Source: an uncultured Verrucomicrobiae bacterium (GTDB taxonomy: Bacteria; Verrucomicrobiota; Verrucomicrobiia; Chthoniobacterales; UBA10450). From it: a stretch of 64,000 nt of DNA. The DNA lies in NCBI GenBank assembly GCA_963801815.1, contig CAWDGJ010000006.1:64001-128000 (forward strand), given 5' to 3'. The notes below the pieces were generated by a model. It was given only the letters and a program-made list of their open reading frames with translations. It had not been told where the DNA came from and did not search any database. The translations under genes and the position numbers were made by a program. Positions 52,035 to 60,218 of the stretch are shown piece after piece (within the stretch, counting starts at the first letter, position 1; the number at the start of each line of letters is the position of its first letter).

Positions 52035-52439
52035 ATGCGCTCACTGTTTGTTAAAGGTCTCATGTCTGCGACGCTGTTTAGGCTCGGCGTCGGTTCCATT
52101 CGCGGCCTGATGAGTGGTTCACCTGACGGCTGGCCCGAACTAATCTTTAGCCTCGCCTGCGTGCTCGCGTTGCCACTCGCGTTCCTGTTGTTCACAGACA
52201 GCCGGGTAGTGGCACGCATCGCTCTGATCGTGCTCGCTGCCGCAGCTGTGCTCCAAGTTGCGACGGTGCTCCTAGCCTTGGCGACACATCAACAGCCTCC
52301 TGTGCGCTGGTCAACCGAGCTGGAGTTAGCACTCGTCTATGCGTTTCCGTGTGTCGTAGCATTCGTAGTGGACAAGCGAGATGCAAACATGAGGTCTAAC
52401 CAATCGCTGGAGCCAACCGCGAGCCGTTCCGATGTCTAG
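52035..52439 (+). CDS. Cassette 1: membrane protein
   Basis: ATG right after GTTAGAC; hydrophobic; stop lies inside the attC. Confidence 0.75.
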   Translation: MRSLFVKGLMSATLFRLGVGSIRGLMSGSPDGWPELIFSLACVLALPLAFLLFTDSRVVARIALIVLAAAAVLQVATVLLALATHQQPPVRWSTELELALVYAFPCVVAFVVDKRDANMRSNQSLEPTASRSDV

Positions 52440-52517
52440 CTTTATGTCGATCTTACACACATTGTTTGCTGCCGTGCCCACTCCCGCTCGCGGTCGCTCA
52501 ACTTGTTCTCGTTAGAT
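52394..52517 (+). other. attC site 1
   Basis: GTCTAAC CAATCGCTGGAGCCAACCGCGAGC ... GCTCGCGGTCGCTCAACTTGTTCTC GTTAGAT. Confidence 0.9.
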
Positions 52518-52529
52518 TCTTTGCTCATC

Positions 52530-53279
52530 GTGAGATCATTCATTGCGGTTATCTGGTTACTCTCGATTTCTATAGCCAAGGCGACCGAACCCACATTATC
52601 TCTCTATCCCCTGTCCGGTTCCGTCTATGTGGCTGAGGACTCACACTACGCGAAAACAAACTACGTTGTTTATATCGGCTCATCGTCGGTCACGGTCGTC
52701 GGCGCAGGATGGTCTCCCGACACCGCGGAATTGCTCGCTCACGAAATCAGGAAGGTGACTAATAAGCCAATCAATGATGTCATTCTGCCCGATCACGACC
52801 CCGAATACGCGGGAGGCAGCGCCTACTGGAAGGGCATTGGTGCGAACATCGTTTCGACGAAGTTGACCGAACAGACGCTTGAAAAAGATTGGACTAAAGC
52901 AGGCGATTTTACCCGCAAGTTTTTTCCGACTTATCCGAGTCTGCCATTAATTCTTCCGACGAAAACCTACGAAGCGGACTTTACGCTTCAGAACGGCGAT
53001 ATTCGCGGATTTTACCTTGGAGCTTCACACAACGCAGACGATATCTTTGTTTACTTTCCGAAGGAAAAGGTTCTGTACGCTGGCTCGATTTTGAAAGAAC
53101 ACCTTGGCAATCTCGCTTTTGCCAATCTCGAAGAATATCCCAAGACCCTGGAAAGGCTTCGGCAGCAGCATCTCTAGATTGATAAGATCATTTCCGGCCA
53201 CTGGTCGGCGGTACATGGCCCCGAATTGATTGCGCAATATTTAACGTTGTTAAAAGAGCATTCCGAACCAGGACACTAG
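52530..53279 (+). CDS. Cassette 2: subclass B2 (CphA-like) metallo-beta-lactamase homologue, in-frame TAG at 53175-53177
   Basis: VTVVGAGWSPDTA, AGGSAYWKGIGA, IFVYFPKEKVLY.SILKEHLGNL; after the TAG, IISGHWSAVHGPELI. Confidence 0.85.
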
Positions 53280-53290
53280 GCTTGATCAGA

Positions 53291-53415
53291 ATCTAACCAC
53301 GCGATGCAGCGAACCGCGAGCCGCTGCGCGGCAAGTAAAAAGTAAAAATTATGAAGTATGAAGTGAAAGCAACGTCCGCCGCTGCTCGCGGTCGCTCATC
53401 TTGTTCTCGTTAGGT
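53291..53415 (+). other. attC site 2
   Basis: ATCTAAC CACGCGATGCAGCGAACCGCGAGC ... GCTCGCGGTCGCTCATCTTGTTCTC GTTAGGT. Confidence 0.9.
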
Positions 53416-53417
53416 CT

Positions 53418-53921
53418 ATGACGCGCATCCTCGTCGCCATGTTTTGCGCCGCCGCTGCTCTCGCACGAGCGCAACAAGGTGCCACTGAGGGCATGCCATT
53501 TGGTCGCATGGACGATGCAGATGTTGATCGTCTTCAGGAATTCGCGCTAAAGCGCGGCTTTGACCTCAAGGCAGAAATGGCGCGCGTGTATGAAAAGAAA
53601 ATGGACGAAGACGCGCTGGGGCGCGTCTTCATCTTCTCGCGGCAGTTCAACACGCTGGACAAGAACGCGCGAACTTACGGCCAGATCATCTACAGCAGCC
53701 TCCTGAACATGGGCGAAGCTATTGGAGTCGATCGCTATACCAAGATCATTGATCGCCAGCCTCCCGATGTTCAGCAGCGCGTTAGAGATTTTCTTTACTA
53801 CCCGGATTGGCACGCGCACCGTAACGAGAGCCGCAAACTCTACGAGCGTGTTTACCCCGGTCTTTATCCTCAGAATTACCAGTTTGGACACGATGATCCG
53901 ATTTTCGCCAAAGAGACCTAA
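53418..53921 (+). CDS. Cassette 3: secreted hypothetical protein
   Basis: Signal peptide; TAA stop is within the R'' core ACCTAAC. Confidence 0.8.
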   Translation: MTRILVAMFCAAAALARAQQGATEGMPFGRMDDADVDRLQEFALKRGFDLKAEMARVYEKKMDEDALGRVFIFSRQFNTLDKNARTYGQIIYSSLLNMGEAIGVDRYTKIIDRQPPDVQQRVRDFLYYPDWHAHRNESRKLYERVYPGLYPQNYQFGHDDPIFAKET

Positions 53922-54038
53922 CCAAGCGCTGGAGCGAACGGCGGACCGCTCCGCGATTATATTTGAGATGACTTCCACACATTCACGCCGAGCGATGCAC
54001 GCTTTCGTCCGCCGTCGCTTATCTTGGTCTCGTTAGAT
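53916..54038 (+). other. attC site 3
   Basis: ACCTAAC CAAGCGCTGGAGCGAACGGCGGAC ... GTCCGCCGTCGCTTATCTTGGTCTC GTTAGAT. Confidence 0.9.
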
Positions 54039-54041
54039 CTT

Positions 54042-54704
54042 ATGCGCTGCTCGTTGCATTTGGTCATGGCGATGCAGGTGCTACTCTTGGCCGGTTGTGC
54101 TACCCAGCCTCCTCAGCCGCCAAAGATTGCAGGTGCCGCGTCCGCCGGTGCAGCCGAATTAAAAATCACGCAGGACATCATTCCCCCAGGAAAATGCGGA
54201 CGTCCCTTGCATCGGCCGATGCGTCCGACATTTATTACTATTCATTCGACCGACAATACGTCTCGTAGCGCCGACGCATTGCATAACGCACTCGCCATGA
54301 AGAAAGGGCTCCGAGGCCGTCACAATCGCACTGGATTTCTCACCTGGCATTTCACTGTGGACGATCATTCCATTTACCAAAGCCTGCCGACTAACGAAAC
54401 TGGAGAGCATGCTGATTACGAAGGCCCGGGAAACAGGTCGTCCATCGGGATCGAAATGTGTGTGAACCGGGGCAACAATATTGCCATCACCATCGACCGC
54501 ACCGCGCAACTCACAGCCAAACTGATGCGTCAGTATGATATCCCTCTCAATCATGTTGTCCCGCATATGCACTGGCGCAGGGTCCGCTACAGTGACGGCC
54601 GCGACGAGGGGTTCAAACAATGCCCAAGAATCCTGCTGGATGGCGGTCGCCTTGGTCCAAAATGGAGCGCATTCATGGCCAAAGTCTCCTTTTATGCACG
54701 ATGA
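54042..54704 (+). CDS. Cassette 4: lipoprotein N-acetylmuramoyl-L-alanine amidase (Amidase_2)
   Basis: LAGC lipobox, ITIHST, WHFTVDD, GNRSSIGIEMC, VVPH..W, KQCP. Confidence 0.88.
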   Translation: MRCSLHLVMAMQVLLLAGCATQPPQPPKIAGAASAGAAELKITQDIIPPGKCGRPLHRPMRPTFITIHSTDNTSRSADALHNALAMKKGLRGRHNRTGFLTWHFTVDDHSIYQSLPTNETGEHADYEGPGNRSSIGIEMCVNRGNNIAITIDRTAQLTAKLMRQYDIPLNHVVPHMHWRRVRYSDGRDEGFKQCPRILLDGGRLGPKWSAFMAKVSFYAR

Positions 54705-54771
54705 AGTCAGGGGAACGACGTCAGCTCCGGCTCCTCCATTTGGGCACAATGATCCTGTTTTTGCAAAAGAG

Positions 54772-54876
54772 ACCTAACCAATCGATGAAGCCAATCCCGC
54801 CACTTGCGTTGAGCGCTGGGAGAAATGCTGAGTTTTGTTTCAAGTGGCGGGATGGCTTATCTCTTTCTCGTTAGGT
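54772..54876 (+). other. attC site 4
   Basis: ACCTAAC CAATCGATGAAGCCAATCCCGCCACTTG ... CAAGTGGCGGGATGGCTTATCTCTTTCTC GTTAGGT. Confidence 0.9.
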
Positions 54877-54919
54877 CTCATTTCATTAGGAGTAGAAAAC
54901 AACAAATGACAAACTGAAT

Positions 54920-55195
54920 ATGAAACTGAACATTAAGGCATTCGCGTTGACATGCGGCACAGTCTGGGCGGTGGGGTTGTTTCTCCTCACCTGGTGGCTC
55001 ATCGCGTTTGACGGTGCCACTGGAGAACACACATTCATAAGCAAGCTCTATATTGGTTATACAGTGTCTCCAATTGGGAGCGTGATCGGACTGGTATATG
55101 CATTTTTCGATGCTTTGATTGGTGGCGTTATCTTTGCATGGCTCTACAACAAGATGGCAGATGGTGGTGAAGATGAGAAGCCGAGCCAACCTTGA
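54920..55195 (+). CDS. Cassette 5: small 2-TM membrane protein (putative holin-like family)
   Basis: MKLNIKAFALTCG.VW...GY.VSPIGSVIG...D..IGG.IFAWLYN. Confidence 0.7.
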   Translation: MKLNIKAFALTCGTVWAVGLFLLTWWLIAFDGATGEHTFISKLYIGYTVSPIGSVIGLVYAFFDALIGGVIFAWLYNKMADGGEDEKPSQP

Positions 55196-55196
55196 T

Positions 55197-55317
55197 GCCT
55201 AACCATGCGCAGGAGCTAACGACCGCCCGGACCGTGTTTCCTTCTCCATGGCTACTTCCTTTCACTGCATTTCACGCTCGCTCTCGGCGGCCGTAGCTCA
55301 GATTGTTCTCGTTAGGT
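55197..55317 (+). other. attC site 5
   Basis: GCCTAAC CATGCGCAGGAGCTAACGACCGCC ... GGCGGCCGTAGCTCAGATTGTTCTC GTTAGGT. Confidence 0.88.
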
Positions 55318-55326
55318 GTTAACGCT

Positions 55327-55869
55327 ATGAAGTCGCGAATCATTCTTAGCCTGCTCTTGGCAGCCTTTGTGCCGGCGCTTTCTAACGCGAGTGGCCTTGG
55401 GCCGTGGCAGTTCGGTATGTCGAAGTCGCAGGTCGCCAGTCTCAAAGAGTTCGGGCCTTACGAGAGCTTCTCGAACGGTGATTTGGAGACCTACAACTGG
55501 AGATTCCATGGGCACAAGGCTAATGTTCAATTCTTCTTTCAGGGTGAGCGCCTCCGGCGCATCGGCGTCTATCTGTATGAGGGCACAGATCCCAAAGGAA
55601 GCATTCCTGCGTGGCGCATCGCGTACGACGCGCTGCACAAAGACTTCGGCAGCGTGAGCACGCCAGACCTTAGAAATAAAAACGGTGGCCCTGTGAACCC
55701 GGACGTTCTTGCAATCGGGGAGGCAATGAATGCCGACGTTACAGGCGAAAGCAGGTTCGTGCCAGCTAAGCAACCGGCGAACATGCATGTGTTTGCCCGC
55801 GGCTGGACTGGTATTGTGCAGGGCAAGAAGTGGTATTACCTCGCCGTTTTTTACGACCAAAACACCTAA
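55327..55869 (+). CDS. Cassette 6: secreted hypothetical protein
   Basis: Signal peptide, FGMS motif. Confidence 0.75.
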   Translation: MKSRIILSLLLAAFVPALSNASGLGPWQFGMSKSQVASLKEFGPYESFSNGDLETYNWRFHGHKANVQFFFQGERLRRIGVYLYEGTDPKGSIPAWRIAYDALHKDFGSVSTPDLRNKNGGPVNPDVLAIGEAMNADVTGESRFVPAKQPANMHVFARGWTGIVQGKKWYYLAVFYDQNT

Positions 55870-55881
55870 TTCTCGTTAGAC
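55864..55881 (+). other. Collapsed attC (internal deletion)
   Basis: ACCTAA-TTCTC-GTTAGAC: only the two ends of an attC remain. Confidence 0.75.
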
Positions 55882-55883
55882 CC

Positions 55884-56252
55884 ATGCGTGTGGTATTAGC
55901 GTGCCTTAGCCTGTTCGCCTTGGCGACGCTGACTTCGTGTGCCACCACGCATCCTTTGTTCACGGGTCTCACTGCAATACCGTCATCCTCCGCTGAGGAG
56001 ATTCTCAGTGTTTCGCGAGCGAAGTTGCAGTCTATCGCGCGCACCGCTTACGTTTTCCGCGTTCATTGCGACCCAGATTCACACGGCAGAGATGTTTTCG
56101 TCTATTATCGTACCGGTGTTGGACCTGCTCGACATCTCCTCTTGCGATCGATTCGCGGGCACTGGCGCGTTATCGAAGCTCCGCAGAAGATCGACATTTC
56201 ACTTCCACCTGAGATTATTATCACAAGTGTGTCTGGAACATTATGGGTCTAA
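55884..56252 (+). CDS. Cassette 7: hypothetical lipoprotein
   Basis: ATG after GTTAGAC, LTSC lipobox, stop in GTCTAAC. Confidence 0.75.
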   Translation: MRVVLACLSLFALATLTSCATTHPLFTGLTAIPSSSAEEILSVSRAKLQSIARTAYVFRVHCDPDSHGRDVFVYYRTGVGPARHLLLRSIRGHWRVIEAPQKIDISLPPEIIITSVSGTLWV

Positions 56253-56342
56253 CCAATCGATGAAGCCAACCGCCCCATTGCGATGCAACTTCAGCGAAGT
56301 TGTTGCAGCACCCTGCGGTGGCTTATCTCTTTCTCGTTAGGC
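56247..56342 (+). other. attC site 7
   Basis: GTCTAAC CAATCGATGAAGCCAACCGC ... GCGGTGGCTTATCTCTTTCTC GTTAGGC. Confidence 0.9.
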
Positions 56343-56349
56343 CCATCGC

Positions 56350-57372
56350 ATGAAGCGTCTTCTCGTCACCATCCTTATTGTTGTTGCAGTTCTTGTGGCG
56401 GCCCTTGGACTCGCGATCGCACTTGGCGGACCGGGCAAGGCGCCGCCGCCAATGTCGAGCATTAGCGACCCTTTCAAGAACGTGGATTTCTCCGATCTAC
56501 CGGAAGCAAGGTACGTTACGGCTCGCGATGGCACTAAGCTCGCCTTTCGGGCCTACCCGGCTGTAGGTGGCGGGGTCAAAGGCAGCGTGGTACTCGTGCA
56601 CGGCTCGTCTGCCAGTAGCAGCAGCATGCACCTAATGGCAAAGGGATTTGCCGCCGCTGGCTATGCAGCTTACACGCTGGACGTCCGCGGACACGGAAAA
56701 TCAGGCATGAAAGGCCACATCGCCTATATCGGACAGTTGGAGGACGACCTCGAAGACTTTGTCCATTCGACCAAATTGGCTCAGCCTTCCACGCTCGCCG
56801 GATTCTCTTCCGGCGGCGGATTTGTGCTTCGCTTCGCGGGCAGTCCACGTCAGGAACTATTCTCCAACTATCTTCTTCTTTCTCCGTGGATTAGTCAGGA
56901 CGCAGCAACGTTGCGTCCGGGCAACGGCGGCTGGGCTACCGTGGGGGTTCCGCGCATCATCGCGATCGCCGTGCTAAACGGGTTTGGAATGCACGCGTTT
57001 GACGACCTGCCGGTGGTCAGATTCGCAGTCGACGAGAGGGACAAAGGCTTGCTCACCCCGCAATATTCCTTCGCCCTCGCACAGAACTTCAGGCCTGAGC
57101 GCGATTACCAGGCAAACATTCGAGCGGTTAGGCAACCCCTTCGGGTACTCGTAGGTCAAAACGATGACGTGTCGTACGCCGATCGGTTTGCAGCCGTTTT
57201 CAAGACAGCTGGCAAAGATGTTCCTGTTACAGTTCTTCCGGGGATCGACCACATCTCACTCACACTTGATCCAGTCGCCGTCCAAGCGGCAGTCGCGGCG
57301 GTCGAAAGCATGGATCAGGAAAATCCTAACCAGGCGATGGAGCCAACCCGCGAGCCGCTGCGCGGCAAGTAA
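56350..57372 (+). CDS. Cassette 8: alpha/beta hydrolase
   Basis: VLVHG, DVRGHG, GFSSGG nucleophile elbow, GQNDD, DH. Confidence 0.88.
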   Translation: MKRLLVTILIVVAVLVAALGLAIALGGPGKAPPPMSSISDPFKNVDFSDLPEARYVTARDGTKLAFRAYPAVGGGVKGSVVLVHGSSASSSSMHLMAKGFAAAGYAAYTLDVRGHGKSGMKGHIAYIGQLEDDLEDFVHSTKLAQPSTLAGFSSGGGFVLRFAGSPRQELFSNYLLLSPWISQDAATLRPGNGGWATVGVPRIIAIAVLNGFGMHAFDDLPVVRFAVDERDKGLLTPQYSFALAQNFRPERDYQANIRAVRQPLRVLVGQNDDVSYADRFAAVFKTAGKDVPVTVLPGIDHISLTLDPVAVQAAVAAVESMDQENPNQAMEPTREPLRGK

Positions 57373-57449
57373 AAAGTAAAAATTATGAAGTATGAAGTAG
57401 AAGCAACGCCCGCCGCCGCTCGCGGTCGCTCAGCTTGTTCTCGTTAGGT
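57324..57449 (+). other. attC site 8 (near-identical to attC 2)
   Basis: TCCTAAC CAGGCGATGGAGCCAACCCGCGAGC ... GCTCGCGGTCGCTCAGCTTGTTCTC GTTAGGT. Confidence 0.88.
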
Positions 57450-57460
57450 CTTTAACGCGC

Positions 57461-57862
57461 ATGAACCTTCGCACAGTTGAAATCAAAGCATTCGTTCCGG
57501 CCTCGGATTTCGAGCGTTCAAAGCAATTTTATCTTGCTCTTGGATTCGAAGTGCCGTGGTCATCGGAAAGCCTCGCCTACGTCCGCTATGGCCAAACGAC
57601 CTTTTTGCTACAAGCTTTCAATCATCCGAAGTTCATCAATAATTTCCAGATGCACCTTCAAGTCGAGAACGTCGACGACTGGCACGCACACGTTATGGCT
57701 TCTGGCGTAGCAGATCGCTTCGGCACCAAAGTCGATCCGCCGCAGAATCAACCGTGGGGTATGAGAGACTTCCCGCTCGTCGATCCTAGTGGCGTCTTGT
57801 GGCGCGTCGCCCAAAACACTCCTTCTTCCTCAACTGGTGTGCAGCCGTCGTCGAAGACCTAA
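57461..57862 (+). CDS. Cassette 9: VOC/glyoxalase family protein
   Basis: FVPASDFERSKQFY, QPWGMRDF..DPSGVLW. Confidence 0.88.
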   Translation: MNLRTVEIKAFVPASDFERSKQFYLALGFEVPWSSESLAYVRYGQTTFLLQAFNHPKFINNFQMHLQVENVDDWHAHVMASGVADRFGTKVDPPQNQPWGMRDFPLVDPSGVLWRVAQNTPSSSTGVQPSSKT

Positions 57863-58038
57863 CCATGCGATCCAGCCAACGGCTGGCCGCCTTTGAGGAA
57901 AGGATGAGGGATGAATTATGAAGGATGAAACTCAAGGGACGCTCATTGACTCCTTCGCTCCCGCTCAGTCGGTCGCATCACCATGCGACCAATGCAGTCC
58001 ATCCGGCGGCTTCCCAGCACGCCATATTCTCGTTAGGC
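57857..58038 (+). other. attC site 9 (long, composite or degenerate)
   Basis: ACCTAAC CATGCGATCCAGCCAAC ... ATTCTC GTTAGGC; 182 bp with poor distal symmetry. Confidence 0.7.
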
Positions 58039-58066
58039 GGTGTAGAGCCACTTGCAGCCACTACTT

Positions 58067-58538
58067 ATGCAATCGAAAAAACTAAACCGCGGTTTCGCCG
58101 CGATCGGGATACTGCTGACATCCTGCGCAAGCTCGTACCAAATGTACCTCGGGACGCACGCTTCCAAACAATGCGGTCGCCATTTTGAGACAATCAGGTG
58201 GCGGTCCTGCCATGGTCATGTCCGTGGACGGCAAACCTTATGACGGAGGATTTACCTATGCGGGGATCGGTTATAACAAGTGGGAACTTTTGCCTGGTAA
58301 ACATCAGGTCAAAGTGGATATGCGGGCTTTTAGTGGCGACTCACGCTCTTCCGGTCCCCAGACGGTGACGTTCACTGCCGCGGCGGGTCAAGTTTACGAC
58401 GTATCCTGCACCACCACAGTTCTTCAGCGTTCCGGCAATCTCTTCCTCGGTTACAAGGAACTTAGTTCCTGGAAGCCGGTGATCATTCTGCAGCATCCGG
58501 TAACAGACGCGGATAGAGTGAAGGCGAATCGCCTATGA
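58067..58538 (+). CDS. Cassette 10: hypothetical lipoprotein (frameshift near 58165)
   Basis: LTSC lipobox in one frame; VAILRQ...SVDGK...ELLPGKHQVKV in the next. Confidence 0.65.
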
Positions 58539-58601
58539 TGCATAACCAAAGCCTATCCAATCATTGATGTTTGGTGTAAGGCGAATCAGGCGGGGGCGAG
58601 A

Positions 58602-59390
58602 ATGAATGGAACCATTATTACATCGAGCCTAATTTTCATATCGCTTGGCATTGGTCACGCAGAGTCCTTCGACAATTTAGCTCAAGCTCTCGTATCCCCG
58701 GAAAAAGTTACGAGTCTGTCGATCAACGAATCTGACTCCAATCTGAAACACCTGCCTCCAAAGCTAGGTACCTTAATAAACCTGAATGAATTGGAAATTT
58801 CCTGCCTGGAAAACCTTGAGGAACTCCCAGTCGAGATCGGACAACTGAAGAAGTTAGAAAAACTAATTATTGATAACGGAAACGGGTGCCAAATGAATGT
58901 TTCCATTCCGGCATCGATTGGAGAACTCACCAATCTAAAAGTTTTACGATTGTTTGGCGCGCTAGATCCGGGAGAAGGTGGATCGTCGGCCCCAGGACCA
59001 AGTTCTGAAATCAAACCATTGCCAACAACAATTGCAAAACTTCAAAACCTTGAAGAGTTGGATTTGGGAAGAAATCGTCTGGAAACTGTTCCACCAGAAA
59101 TCGCAAATCTAAAAAACTTGAAGAAATTAGGATTGGACTACAACAACCTTCACGATATCCCATCGTTCATCGGTGAACTGAAGAGTCTCCGGGAACTTTC
59201 CATAAGCTCAAACGGTGGTGTCAAGCTACCCCAATCCCTATCGAAGCTTTCCGGGCTGAAGATTTCAATGGGTAATAACTATCTTAAGTTGAAGGACCAA
59301 GAGGAGCTCAGACGCCAGTTTCCCAGCGCAACTTTCGATTTTGAAAATGAATATGACGACGATGCTGCAAATGAGGAGTCGGCGGAATGA
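58602..59390 (+). CDS. Secreted leucine-rich repeat protein (last gene of the array, low GC)
   Basis: LPxxIGxLxxLxxL repeats, signal peptide. Confidence 0.88.
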   Translation: MNGTIITSSLIFISLGIGHAESFDNLAQALVSPEKVTSLSINESDSNLKHLPPKLGTLINLNELEISCLENLEELPVEIGQLKKLEKLIIDNGNGCQMNVSIPASIGELTNLKVLRLFGALDPGEGGSSAPGPSSEIKPLPTTIAKLQNLEELDLGRNRLETVPPEIANLKNLKKLGLDYNNLHDIPSFIGELKSLRELSISSNGGVKLPQSLSKLSGLKISMGNNYLKLKDQEELRRQFPSATFDFENEYDDDAANEESAE

Positions 59391-59536
59391 TTTGCCTTCT
59401 AAGCAAAGTAGAGAGTTGAGAGTTGAGGGTTTTATCCGCGCTTGCCACGTCCGTAGCTTCAGCGAAGGCGGGTAATCCGCGGTTAAATATCTTTCTAATT
59501 GTCGATCTTTGAGCGACCGATTAAATCTCGGTCCTT

Positions 59537-59908
59537 ATGCACATTCGATGTCTTTTTCTCGCAACGATGGTGGTCGCGTTATCTTTCGGCGTTTCGCTGA
59601 CACAAGCCCAAGATCCGGCAATTGTTAATGCCAAAACGATTCGGGTCAGGTTTGAGAACGATCGCGTTCGCGTCCTGGAAGCGACGTTACCGCCGGGCGT
59701 GAAGGAACAGGTGCACTCGCATCCCGCCTACGTGATTTACGTTTTGGAAGGCGGTCCGTATCGCAACTACGCGTCCGACGGCAAGGTGACTGAAGGCGAG
59801 CTCAAGACGGGCGACGTGTTATATCGCGAGCCGCTGACTCATGCTGCAGAGAACATTGGCGACAAACCTCTGCACATGATTCTGGTCGAGCTCAAAGGCA
59901 CGAAGTGA
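59537..59908 (+). CDS. Secreted cupin-domain protein
   Basis: ENDRVRV, HSHP, H..EN.G. Confidence 0.8.
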   Translation: MHIRCLFLATMVVALSFGVSLTQAQDPAIVNAKTIRVRFENDRVRVLEATLPPGVKEQVHSHPAYVIYVLEGGPYRNYASDGKVTEGELKTGDVLYREPLTHAAENIGDKPLHMILVELKGTK

Positions 59909-60218
59909 CGAGGGAATCGGCTCGTCCGTGAAGACGCGTGCGTTCCGGTCATCCTGAGCGGAGCGAAGGATCTCACACAAACCCGATTGATCACACAATC
60001 TAAACAGTGTGACGCTTGCTTCGACTGCGGGATTCCTCGCTTTGCTCGGAATGACAATAAGAGATTTCTCGTTGTCGATCTTTTGATCGAGGCGTACGTT
60101 CTTGTTGAACCGGATCTGTCGGGGAAAATCCGAGCCGGACTGGCGGTTGGTTTCCTGCTTTGAAGCAAGTTGGGAAGCTGACAGCTTCCCCTGCAGCGAA
60201 TCAATGGGAGGATCTATT

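Larger units (their letters stand above)
52025..59390 (+). mobile_element. Integron gene-cassette array without integrase in the window (CALIN), ~11 genes
   Basis: Co-oriented short ORFs separated by imperfect palindromes starting RYCTAAC-CA and ending TCTC-GTTAGRY. Confidence 0.92.

Noticed and set aside
54042..55195. Amidase plus holin-like gene as a prophage remnant
   Set aside because: Each gene is bounded by its own attC and there are no other phage genes nearby.
52394..58038. Repeats in the 52-58 kb region as a CRISPR array
   Set aside because: The repeats are long imperfect palindromes separated by whole genes, with attC cores; no cas genes are present.
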